Shown: positions 20,801 to 29,619 of the stretch, one piece after another | Numbering within the stretch: the stretch's first letter is position 1 | How the letters are laid out: every line of letters begins with the position of its first letter | Source: Promethearchaeota archaeon | Lineage (GTDB): Archaea > Asgardarchaeota > Lokiarchaeia > Sigyniarchaeales > SOKP01 | Direction of reading: 5' to 3' | Length of the DNA: 64,000 nucleotides | NCBI GenBank assembly: GCA_048940645.1 | Contig: JBHLOI010000008.1 | Coordinates: 28,926-92,925, forward strand | Program-made: the position numbers and the translations under genes | The notes under the pieces: generated by a model | What the model was told of the DNA's origin: nothing | Databases searched by the model: none | The model's input: the letters and a program-made list of their open reading frames with translations, nothing else

Positions 20801-20852
20801 TTTTGTTTATTAGCGAGAATTCAAGAAAAAAAATAGATTAAGCTCAAATAAA

Positions 20853-21102
20853 TTACTTTGATTTCATCCGTCTTCTTGGAGTTCTTTTTGTGGCTACTCT
20901 TTTTGCTCCTTTAGTTCCCTTTCTTTTAAATATTGTATAGCCACATTTCCCACAAGATGATCTTTTATGGATAATGAGTTTAATCTCATCATCTATCATA
21001 GTGGTCCGCGAGAAAATAGGCAGGTCCACACTTTGGACATGTGCGATGGGTTCTAACTAATTTATCTCCTTCAATTTTATATAAATTTGATATATTCGTC
21101 AT
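20853..21102 (-). CDS. rps27ae: 30S ribosomal protein S27ae, split: join(21102..20995, 20963..20853), 72 aa after removal of a 31-nt insert
   Basis: exon 1 [36 protein letters not shown]; exon 2 [36 protein letters not shown]; canonical position between rps24e and kae1. Confidence 0.93.
20964..20994 (-). other. putative bulge-helix-bulge (BHB) intron in rps27ae mRNA, 31 nt
   Basis: UAUG/CAUA 4-bp helix, AUA and AAA 3-nt bulges, 9-bp intron stem GAUGAUGAG/CUCAUUAUC; cutting after the second nt of each bulge restores the frame. Confidence 0.82.
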
Positions 21103-21129
21103 TTTTCCTTCAATTTCAAAAATATTTAC

Positions 21130-21486
21130 TTATTTATAATCAAAAAGATGTTTATAAGGTTCTTTCCTCTTTTTCAATTTATAGATTTCTGTTCTTTTTT
21201 CTTTTTCTAGATTCCTTGCTTGGATATGAAAGGGTTCAAAATATTGTAATTCATCTGCGTTTTCATATATATGAGCAGTACCTATATCGTGAGCGGAACC
21301 AAATTGTGTCTTAATATCACTGATTATAGTTAATTTTTCATTTACTTTGCTCATTTTAGCAATTTTCTTTTTTATTTCTAACCTATTCGGAGTTCCTTCA
21401 GCAAAATGATCGATTTTAAATCTTAATTCAATCCTCTTTATCAACGGATTTTTCTTCTCTTCTAAAATTTCAATATTTAGCGGCAT
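21130..21486 (-). CDS. rps24e: 30S ribosomal protein S24e
   Basis: KKNPLIKRIE..GTPNR.EI..KTQFG..G.AHIY. Confidence 0.95.
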   Translation of the reverse strand: MPLNIEILEEKKNPLIKRIELRFKIDHFAEGTPNRLEIKKKIAKMSKVNEKLTIISDIKTQFGSAHDIGTAHIYENADELQYFEPFHIQARNLEKEKRTEIYKLKKRKEPYKHLFDYK

Positions 21487-21664
21487 AATGAACCTTTTAA
21501 GTAGTTTAATTCTGAATCAATCAGTTAATTTAAAGATGTTTCTAAGTTATTTAAGATCAAAGCACGATAAGAATTAAAATTTTGGTTTTTTTGAATAGGC
21601 TATAGCACAAATTAATGCTTTTAACTGGAAAATTAAGATTTTATTATGGAATGAAGTAATAATA

Positions 21665-22393
21665 TTGATAATTACTATGTTAAGCTTTTTCTGGCTGAAA
21701 AATGTTTTAGCAGGAGTTTTTTCTATTATTTTCATAAGCAGTATATTCTTATGGTTAACTTTATTAGTACTAAACATAACTAAAAATAAAATTGAAGATA
21801 AGGAAATGCATGAAAATCTTAAAATCCCCGAAAAAGCGAGGCATAAATTTACCCAGCCTTTAGGAAAATTAATTGCAGGGACTAGGTCAGAAACAATTCC
21901 TAAGGTAGAGAATTTAATAAAAGAGTTATTAAATTCTGGTTTTGAAATTAATGTATATCTTGTTGGGGATATTGTCACTAATGATTTTCTTATAAATCAA
22001 TTTTTAAGAGAGTTTATTAAGTTATGCATTGTTGACGAGAAAACTCAGAGAAATCAAATTAAAATAAAAAATGAAGAATATTTTGAGGAAATAATAGAAT
22101 TTAAGAATCCAAAAGGTACAATACCTATGGAAAGTTTTACTTTATTAAAACAAATAATAATGTCGAATAAAAGAATTTTATTAAAAATAATCGAAGGAGA
22201 AGAAGATTTATTAGTACTTCCTCTAGTTATGACTTTCCCTCTTATTCAAAATTTAAAAAGCTTAGTGTTTTACGGACAACCTCCCATAACAGATTCTAAA
22301 AATCCCATTCCAGAAGGTATTGTTATGGTTGATGTAAATAGAAGAATTCAAAAAACAGTTAAAAAATTTTTATCGACTATGCTAAAGGAATAG
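21665..22393 (+). CDS. GTP-dependent dephospho-CoA kinase (DUF359), possibly with N-terminal TM extension
   Basis: PLGKL, VGDIVT, VDEKTQR, NPKGTI, GEEDLLVLP, YGQP..EGIV; catalytic core begins near M at 21806; start uncertain. Confidence 0.88.
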   Translation: MIITMLSFFWLKNVLAGVFSIIFISSIFLWLTLLVLNITKNKIEDKEMHENLKIPEKARHKFTQPLGKLIAGTRSETIPKVENLIKELLNSGFEINVYLVGDIVTNDFLINQFLREFIKLCIVDEKTQRNQIKIKNEEYFEEIIEFKNPKGTIPMESFTLLKQIIMSNKRILLKIIEGEEDLLVLPLVMTFPLIQNLKSLVFYGQPPITDSKNPIPEGIVMVDVNRRIQKTVKKFLSTMLKE

Positions 22394-22401
22394 ATTGTTT
22401 T

Positions 22402-22593
22402 TTAACGGACTCTTAAAGCATACTTTCCAGGAAAATGAATCTTCAAATATTCTGCAAATTTTGACTCTTGAGGTTTTATTATTATAACTTCTCCTGTAAA
22501 ATCATCACTTAGACTATGGGTTTTACATTTAGGGCAAATTTGTTCATTTTTAGTTATTAAATGACAGTTTTTACATGCTCGGTCTTTTGAAAT
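22402..22593 (-). CDS. spt4: transcription elongation factor Spt4 (RpoE''), probable ATT start; absent from ORF track
   Basis: (I)SKDRACKNCHLITKNEQICPKCKTHSLSDDFTGEVIIIKPQESKFAEYLKIHFPGKYALRVR*; GAGGTGA SD 7 nt upstream of ATT. Confidence 0.92.
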   Translation of the reverse strand: MSKDRACKNCHLITKNEQICPKCKTHSLSDDFTGEVIIIKPQESKFAEYLKIHFPGKYALRVR

Positions 22594-22614
22594 ATGTAAT
22601 TCACCTCATTTTCT

Positions 22615-23211
22615 TTATTTTTTATTCTCTTTTTTACTAGCAGTTACTTTTTCTTCCTTTTCTGTATACTCATCCTCAATATCTTGTTCGATCCACTCTT
22701 CTTTTCCTAAAAATTTTTGTCTCATAGTTAAACCCAATTTTCCACTCCTTCCAGTTCCTAATGATACTGCTATGATTTTAGCACGCACAATATCATTTAC
22801 TTCAAGTATTTTTCCTGTTTCTTTCCCTATAAATCGATTGCCTACTTGTTCATATGATATATAATCATCACATATCTGTGAAACATGAACCAATCCATCA
22901 AGTGGTCCTAACCTTATAAAAGATCCGAAATCGACAATTTCTACTACCTCTCCTTCCACTACTTCAGATATCACCGGTTTAAAAGAAAGGATTGTAAATT
23001 CAACCTCATGAAATGTGTTTGCATTCCCAGGAATTATTATTCCAGGGCCCACGTCAACAACGTCGACTATTGCAATTATAAATCCATAATCTCTAGTAAT
23101 AATCCCCTCATAATCCTCAGATAGAATTATACGGGCAGAAACATCCTTCGGTTGGTCAAATAAAAACGGTGGAATCTCAATTTTCCCTTGAATTTGAAAA
23201 AGTTTGAAAAT
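22615..23211 (-). CDS. rpo7: DNA-directed RNA polymerase subunit E' (Rpo7), probable ATT start
   Basis: frame extends upstream of the ORF-track GTG as (I)FKLFQIQGKIEIPPFLF..YEG..GFIIAI; S1 domain GSFIRLGPLDGLVHVSQI, GLTMRQ. Confidence 0.93.
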   Translation of the reverse strand: MFKLFQIQGKIEIPPFLFDQPKDVSARIILSEDYEGIITRDYGFIIAIVDVVDVGPGIIIPGNANTFHEVEFTILSFKPVISEVVEGEVVEIVDFGSFIRLGPLDGLVHVSQICDDYISYEQVGNRFIGKETGKILEVNDIVRAKIIAVSLGTGRSGKLGLTMRQKFLGKEEWIEQDIEDEYTEKEEKVTASKKENKK

Positions 23212-23416
23212 GACTATACACCAGTTAAATAGATGAAGTATAATTGAAATTTTAAATGTAGCATAAAATTAATAATTTTTGGTTTTCCTACAATAAGAGA
23301 ATCAATTTTAAGATTTTCAAAAATCAAATATTTTTAATTAATAATTTCCTAGTTATTAAATGAATCTTCTCGAATTTATTTGGTTTTGGATTTGATTAAA
23401 AGCCCAAGCAACAAAG

Positions 23417-24556
23417 GTGGAAATTTTGAGACTCATAATTAAATATTATTGGATGTTTCAGATAATTGCTTTTCTTCTCCCCTTGATAGGGCTTCCATTT
23501 CCTGTTGCAGTTTTTAAAATACCTGATAATGATTCTTACATAATAGACGGGTCTATGACACTATGGGGTACACAATCCGGTATTTTTCCAGACACCTTTA
23601 GTATTAATACGTTGATATACATTTCTTCAATTGTATGTTCATGGATTGTAATAATCAGTTCCTTTTTGCTTCCTATTTTTTCTGCTCGCTCCATAAAGAG
23701 GAAAGAGAGGTTAGAAAAACGCATTTTAATTATTTGGATATTTATTGCATCCTTATTAGTGGGGATATTATTATTTTGGACTACAATGATAAATAACACA
23801 ATTGGAGCGTTAATGCCTCCCGCACTTCAAGACACCAATTTTTGGGAATTTTTTACCCCAGGCTTTGGTTTTTTTTCCTTACTTATAAGTGCTGGCTGTG
23901 TATATGCAGGTGCACTTCTATATTGGAAGCGACGTAGCGAAGAAACTTTAAGAAGCGCTAAAATTCCCATTGCAGAATCCCTTAACAACCGTAAGGAAAA
24001 GTTTGAAATTAAAGAAGATTTAGAGATTGGTGCTTTTTGGATTACGTTTATACTAGCGATCGCATTAACGTTTTGGATATTAATAACTATAGGAATATTT
24101 TTAATGCCTAATATGTCCCCTTTATTTTATATCTTAATCCCTTTAATGTTTTGGGGGGGTTTCTTCTTTATTTTAAATATAATTATAAAATACACGCGAG
24201 GCGCCACAAAAGTAAGAACTCTTACAATTACAGAAGAGGAAATTAGGCTTCAATTCCCTAATAAGCCTTTTTTTCAAATCAATTGGGAAACATTTGATAA
24301 AATTCTAATTAATGAAAGAACCGAAAATCTCCCGTTAGTTCGACGTTATGGTAAAAGCTTTAAAATTAATTATTTTATTCTTGTATTTGAAGGAAATTCT
24401 GGTCTTGTAAGTAAATTTGAAATATCTACAATGGAATTAAACTATAATAAATTAATATCCTTCATTTACAAATTAAATGAATTTGCCTTGAAGAAAGATA
24501 AAGAAGTAATAATTAATTCTGCAAACATCAAGATAAGACTAAAAAGATCTATTTAA
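23417..24556 (+). CDS. hypothetical multi-pass membrane protein with C-terminal soluble (PH-like?) domain
   Basis: about 6 hydrophobic segments; C-terminal ITEEEI..INWETF pattern. Confidence 0.7.
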   Translation: MEILRLIIKYYWMFQIIAFLLPLIGLPFPVAVFKIPDNDSYIIDGSMTLWGTQSGIFPDTFSINTLIYISSIVCSWIVIISSFLLPIFSARSIKRKERLEKRILIIWIFIASLLVGILLFWTTMINNTIGALMPPALQDTNFWEFFTPGFGFFSLLISAGCVYAGALLYWKRRSEETLRSAKIPIAESLNNRKEKFEIKEDLEIGAFWITFILAIALTFWILITIGIFLMPNMSPLFYILIPLMFWGGFFFILNIIIKYTRGATKVRTLTITEEEIRLQFPNKPFFQINWETFDKILINERTENLPLVRRYGKSFKINYFILVFEGNSGLVSKFEISTMELNYNKLISFIYKLNEFALKKDKEVIINSANIKIRLKRSI

Positions 24557-24605
24557 AATTCATTCCACTTACTATTTTGGCGAAAAAGTAAATAGCTTTT
24601 TACAT

Positions 24606-24998
24606 TTAAATTAGTTGAGCTATTTTTTCACATGTCCGCCTGCAGTCTAATAAAATTAAGCCTAGTCGTACATCCTTATCTGCAGACACCGTTAATACGG
24701 CATTGGGACCAGCTTGTAGGATTAAAAGATAGCCATCTGAGCCTTTTATGTACAGCTGATCAAAATCCCCTTTATTCATCTCTATAATAGCTCTTTCAGA
24801 TAAGGAGAGTAAAGCTGCGGTCATTGCGGCGATTCTTGTTTCATCAACATCACGTGGAAGAGCTGAAGCAATTGGAAGCCCTTCAGCAGAAACTATTGCT
24901 GCAGCTTTCACTTCCGGAATAGCTGCAAGGAGTTTTTTTAATAGGTCATCAAGTGTTTCTGGGGTACTAGCATCCATTTGGCTCAATTTCTCCTTCAC
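24606..24998 (-). CDS. roadblock/LC7 (MglB-like) protein
   Basis: AAAIVSAEGLPIASALP..RIAAMTAALLSL.ER..G..GY..AG..AVL. Confidence 0.93.
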   Translation of the reverse strand: MKEKLSQMDASTPETLDDLLKKLLAAIPEVKAAAIVSAEGLPIASALPRDVDETRIAAMTAALLSLSERAIIEMNKGDFDQLYIKGSDGYLLILQAGPNAVLTVSADKDVRLGLILLDCRRTCEKIAQLI

Positions 24999-25256
24999 TT
25001 TTGGTTAATATTAAAAGAAGTTGATATTTTATTAGATAATAATTATCTTAAACCATATTTATATTTAAAGTAGATTGTGGTATTTATTTTTTTTTATTCG
25101 TTTTATATATAAAAATGTTCTTTATTATTAGTTTATTAACTTGTATAATATCTGGATAAAGGTACTTTTTCTTAATGAGGTATTTCTTAAATTTGCATTT
25201 TAATCTGTTTGGTATAGATTAAAGATTGGTTTTAAAGTCAATTATAAATTTTGAAC

Positions 25257-26312
25257 CTAGAAATTGTAACTTTTTACGGTTTCAATCATAGTTCTAATAT
25301 TTTCAGGTTTAGCAATTGCATTTATTTGTTGAGTAGGGCTAACAATAAGAGGTGTTGTAGTTTCTTTTGCTTTTGATAATAATTTAATAACATAATTTTT
25401 AATTTGAACAGGAGTTCCAAAGGCTAAAAATGAAATATCTAGGTTGCCAATAAAACATATTCTATTCATAAATCTCTTAAAAAGAGAAAAAATATTCACT
25501 CCTGCAGAAGGCTCCAAACTTTGAATTCCATCAAATCCAATTTCAATAAATGTATCAATCAAATTAGATATATAGCCATCAGAGTGTAATATAACTAATT
25601 TATTATGGTTATGAATAGAATTAACGATATCATAATAATTTTCAAAAAACAATCTCTTCCACATCGATTTTGGAATGAATTCATTATTTTTGTAGCCACA
25701 GTCGTCAGCAACAAGAAATAATTCCACTCCAATGTGTTCTAGAGTTGAAATTAAGCTCTTTATATAATCTGAGAAAAAGTCTACCACTTTTTGAATGAAA
25801 GATAAGTTATTCTTTTTTACACATTTTGAGAAATAAATAAAACCCATTGATTGCCATGTTTTTTCAAATAATCCAGGCAAGGATAAAGCAATGCTTAATT
25901 CATGTTTTAATTTAGGTAAAAATTTTTCTAAAAGTCTTAAGCTTTCCTTAGATGGAAGTTTTAGGTGTTCCCAATTATCGATTGTTTTTTCATCTTTGAA
26001 AACACCATCCCAAAAATACCAGTCATTTTTATATATTCTTCCCCAACCATCTACCCTGACTTGCTTATTTATTTGATAACCTCCTTTTCCCCGTCTGAAA
26101 TCCCATAAAGAGATAGCATCAAAGCCCATTTTTTTAATTATATCATAATCCTTCTCAATAAGAATAAACTTTGTAGGATCAATTTCGATATTGTAGAGAT
26201 CTTGATAACTTTTTAAGAAATCCAATTCTGGGTATCCTGGACAGTAGATTGGAACTGAATCTGTTGTTTCTTTTTTTAAAGTTTTGACGAAATCTGTTTC
26301 TAATTGGTTCAT
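25257..26312 (-). CDS. uroporphyrinogen decarboxylase / MtaA-like family protein
   Basis: VDGWGRIY, ADDCGYK, ILHSDG, GFDGIQSLEP, FIGNLD. Confidence 0.85.
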   Translation of the reverse strand: MNQLETDFVKTLKKETTDSVPIYCPGYPELDFLKSYQDLYNIEIDPTKFILIEKDYDIIKKMGFDAISLWDFRRGKGGYQINKQVRVDGWGRIYKNDWYFWDGVFKDEKTIDNWEHLKLPSKESLRLLEKFLPKLKHELSIALSLPGLFEKTWQSMGFIYFSKCVKKNNLSFIQKVVDFFSDYIKSLISTLEHIGVELFLVADDCGYKNNEFIPKSMWKRLFFENYYDIVNSIHNHNKLVILHSDGYISNLIDTFIEIGFDGIQSLEPSAGVNIFSLFKRFMNRICFIGNLDISFLAFGTPVQIKNYVIKLLSKAKETTTPLIVSPTQQINAIAKPENIRTMIETVKSYNF

Positions 26313-26398
26313 TACAAGGATCTTTAGAAACCAAAGAATAATTATTTGATTATTAATTATAAAAATAATTAAACTGATATTAACAATAAGTTATTTAA

Positions 26399-27577
26399 TT
26401 GGTAACTATGGATCTTTGGACTCTTGTTAGTATTGTATACACTATTGGATTATCCCTGATTCTCTTTATTTTTGCTTTTTTAACGTTTTTTATTGGATAC
26501 GGAGGTCATAGAGCAAAAAACCGATATGGTGCAATTTCTACGATTGTTACTGGTTCTTGTTTGATTATTTTTGGATTATATAATCTTTTTTTTAGAGATT
26601 CTTCTCATATGGGATTCTTCCCATATCCATATAACGGATTCATGGTATGGTGGGTAGGAATTGTTCTCCTTATTAATGGTGTTTTTGTTATGATTATTAA
26701 ATTAAAAATGAATAAAATGGATTTACAAGTCAAAAATTCAAGCAATAGCGCGGATATATCGAAAAGAAAATCCGGTTTGAGAAGATATGTTGAAAAAATG
26801 ATGATAGAGGATCCATATAAAGAAGAAATTCCATTTAAAATGGAATTGGTAAGAAAGAGTTTTCATTTAATGGGCATACTTGTCGTTATAGGCTATTTTG
26901 GATTTTTCTTTTTACTCCCTTTAACTCAATTAATTAGCGATGGAGTAATAATGTTAATTAATCAAGTTGAACCCGCATATGAACTTTTATGGGGTGATGT
27001 CTCTCTTTTTCCTTATATAATAGGGGAGTTTCAGGCAGTTATCGATCTCACTATGATGGGCTTATTAGGAGCTTTAATATTTGCGCTTATATCTGATTTA
27101 TTTCGAATCCTCAAAGGTCCTGAATATTCACTTCTAAACTTCATTAGTCGTTCCATTCTGAGAAATAAGGAAAAAAATGCCTTGGGTCCACAAATTTATA
27201 TTATGACGGGAATTGTTTTTTCTTACATGCTTTATATGGCAGGAATTATGCATATTCGTGCTTTTTTCGCGGGTATACTCATTGCGTGTTTCTCGGATGC
27301 GGCTGCCGCTCTAATAGGTAGAAAGTACGGCAAGCATAAGATTACTTTAAGAAGTAAAGATACAAAATCCGTTGAGGGTTTTATTGCTGGGGTTGTTGTA
27401 GCATACATAGTTGGTCTGATTTTTGTTGGTCCAATTTATGCCATAATTGGAGCATTAATCTTCTTTTTAACTGATTATTTTCCTGCTGTAACTGCTGATA
27501 ATATTTTGAACCCAATTTTCATTCCAATAGGAATTCAACTTTTTATTTTGCTATTAGGTTTACCTGTAGGATGGTAA
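26399..27577 (+). CDS. CTP-dependent phytol/dolichol/diacylglycerol kinase family membrane protein
   Basis: ELVRKSFH, LRNKEK, DAAAALIGRKYG..KSVEG, DN. Confidence 0.85.
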   Translation: MVTMDLWTLVSIVYTIGLSLILFIFAFLTFFIGYGGHRAKNRYGAISTIVTGSCLIIFGLYNLFFRDSSHMGFFPYPYNGFMVWWVGIVLLINGVFVMIIKLKMNKMDLQVKNSSNSADISKRKSGLRRYVEKMMIEDPYKEEIPFKMELVRKSFHLMGILVVIGYFGFFFLLPLTQLISDGVIMLINQVEPAYELLWGDVSLFPYIIGEFQAVIDLTMMGLLGALIFALISDLFRILKGPEYSLLNFISRSILRNKEKNALGPQIYIMTGIVFSYMLYMAGIMHIRAFFAGILIACFSDAAAALIGRKYGKHKITLRSKDTKSVEGFIAGVVVAYIVGLIFVGPIYAIIGALIFFLTDYFPAVTADNILNPIFIPIGIQLFILLLGLPVGW

Positions 27578-27584
27578 TTTAAAT

Positions 27585-28424
27585 ATGCGTGAAATAATCG
27601 AAGAACTTAAAGATATTGAATTAGCAATCTTTGACTTAGATGGAGTTATTTATAGGGGAGATAAATTACTCCCAGGAGTAGATGAAGTTATCCAACAATT
27701 AAAAGAACTTTCAATAAAAATCGTCTACAATTCAAATAATTCTACAGCAACTAGGCAGATGTATGTTGATAGATTAAAAAAATTCAAAATCTCAAGTGAA
27801 ATTGGAGATTTCTACACCAGTGCTTCAATTACAGCATCAGAAATTTCTAAACTAAAAACAAAGGCTAAAATCTTTGTGATAGGTGAAATTGGCTTAAGAG
27901 AAGAACTAAAAGCTTGCGGACATGAAATTATAAAAGAGGAATCAGAGTATAAGACTGTTGATTTTGTGGTCGTAGGATTAGATCGTGATTTTAAATACAA
28001 AAATTTAGCATTAGCTCAAAAATGTATTTTAGATGGCAAAGCTCAATTCTATGCTACGAACGCAGACGCAACATTACCAGTAGCTAGTGGTTTTTTACCA
28101 GGTGCTGGTGTTATGGTAAAAGCTCTAGAAACATGTACTGGGATTAAACCTATAAAAATCTTTGGAAAGCCTCAACCTTATGGTATAGAACTTATTCTGA
28201 AGGAGGAAAATGTTCCGATTAAAAATGCTGCTATTTTTGGAGATCGCTTGGATACAGATATTTTAGCAGGCAATTTAGCAGGCATTAAAACAGTGTTAGT
28301 GTTAACTGGAGTTTCTCAAATGAAAGAAGTTAAACAATTAAAGTTAGATGATTCAAATGAGGTTAATCTCAACCAAATACCTGATCTCATTTTAGATGAA
28401 TTAAATAAAATATTTACTAATTAA
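27585..28424 (+). CDS. HAD-IIA (NagD-like) phosphatase
   Basis: FDLDGVIY, SNNS, ATNAD, GKP, GDRLDTDI. Confidence 0.92.
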   Translation: MREIIEELKDIELAIFDLDGVIYRGDKLLPGVDEVIQQLKELSIKIVYNSNNSTATRQMYVDRLKKFKISSEIGDFYTSASITASEISKLKTKAKIFVIGEIGLREELKACGHEIIKEESEYKTVDFVVVGLDRDFKYKNLALAQKCILDGKAQFYATNADATLPVASGFLPGAGVMVKALETCTGIKPIKIFGKPQPYGIELILKEENVPIKNAAIFGDRLDTDILAGNLAGIKTVLVLTGVSQMKEVKQLKLDDSNEVNLNQIPDLILDELNKIFTN

Positions 28425-28555
28425 ATATCTGATTATATTCTTTAATAAAAAATGGATAGTACGCTCCTCACGTAATTGTCTAAAAATCCTATTTTTTTAA
28501 TTCTAGATTTTTTATTAATTATTCGAGTAAAAAGTAATTCTATGGGGTTGTTGAT

Positions 28556-28891
28556 ATGGAAAAATGTAATATAGAAGAATTGGAAGAATTAAATACAATT
28601 GGAGAAATCAATTTAGTTCTAGAGGATAATTGTACAAATTTTGCAAAAGAATTAGAACAAGAAATAAATAAAGCTCGAGCTCACCATAAAAAGATTGAAT
28701 ATTATTCTGATAATCTAGCAATTTACTCTTATAAAAAAGATCTAAATATGGGACGGGATATTTTGATTTTTGAAACTATCTACAAAAATAGAAATGATAA
28801 TAAGGCTGAATTATCATTTATCGCAAATAAAAATATGTATGGTTCTCATTTACTTTATTTAATCAACAGAGCAGAATTAAAATCTAAATAG
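28556..28891 (+). CDS. hypothetical protein
   Basis: 111-aa ORF filling the gap, typical codon use, SD-like GGGG. Confidence 0.65.
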   Translation: MEKCNIEELEELNTIGEINLVLEDNCTNFAKELEQEINKARAHHKKIEYYSDNLAIYSYKKDLNMGRDILIFETIYKNRNDNKAELSFIANKNMYGSHLLYLINRAELKSK

Positions 28892-28925
28892 GCTAAAATA
28901 AATCTAAGAATTCAGAAAAAGAGAA

Positions 28926-29462
28926 TTAAATTATTCCTGATCTATGCAACATTATTTTGGCAATTTCAATAAAGATTTCTTCAATGTTACGTCCATCTTT
29001 TGAAGAGCATTCAATATATCCATATAAATTATAATTCCTTGCTAAATCATACGCTTCTTTGGTCGATACTGTCCTTTTATATTGTAAATCTAATTTTCCT
29101 CCAACCATTATGACTGGTAATTGCCTATTATCCCCAATGAAACCTCTTTTGAAAATTTCAATCCAATCTTTAAAATTTTTCAAGCTTGAGTATCGTGTGA
29201 TATCATACATAAAAATCCCACCCGATGCTCCAACTACATAACTAGGTAAAAGAAATCTAAAGCGATCTTCTCCAGCAAAATCCCATATTTGGAGTGATAC
29301 CTTTTTTCCTTCAATTTTTAATTTTTTAACATGAAAATCAACACCTATAGTTATGGTAGAATTTCCCTTAAAAATACCAGTAAGATATCGCTTGATTAAA
29401 GTCGTCTTGCCCACTCCACCATCCCCGAATAGACAGACTTTATACATAGCATCGCTTTCCAT
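28926..29462 (-). CDS. Rab-like small GTPase
   Basis: GDGGVGKT, TIGVDF, LQIWDFAGEDRFR, YDIT, GGKLD, ECSSK. Confidence 0.95.
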   Translation of the reverse strand: MESDAMYKVCLFGDGGVGKTTLIKRYLTGIFKGNSTITIGVDFHVKKLKIEGKKVSLQIWDFAGEDRFRFLLPSYVVGASGGIFMYDITRYSSLKNFKDWIEIFKRGFIGDNRQLPVIMVGGKLDLQYKRTVSTKEAYDLARNYNLYGYIECSSKDGRNIEEIFIEIAKIMLHRSGII

Positions 29463-29619
29463 TTTCAGTACACCAAATTAATTAATTTCTTTTCAAACTA
29501 TTTTAAAAATTTTAAATTTAAAATAGATTCATTTTTAGATTTGTTAATTGTTAATATTAAGAAAGTTCTATTTTAAAAATAATTTGTTTTAGAAAGATTT
29601 TAAAGGTTTACCAAATTTT

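Noticed and set aside
20964-20994. Selenocysteine or stop readthrough, or ribosomal frameshift, as the explanation for the rps27ae break
   Set aside because: The insert is 31 nt, so it shifts the frame, and it contains UGA UGA plus UAA. Recoding would also add about 10 residues inside the zinc ribbon. Precise excision explains it better.
20960-20994. Mini-transposon footprint with AGAT target-site duplication (dead pseudogene)
   Set aside because: Not fully excluded, but both exons are intact, the gene is normally essential, and the 4-bp/3-nt BHB geometry would be coincidental.
21087-21314. 75-aa plus-strand ORF
   Set aside because: Antisense shadow of rps24e/rps27ae.
21574-21978. 134-aa minus-strand ORF at the usual DUF359 operon position
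   Set aside because: Antisense to the real dephospho-CoA kinase gene; no motifs.
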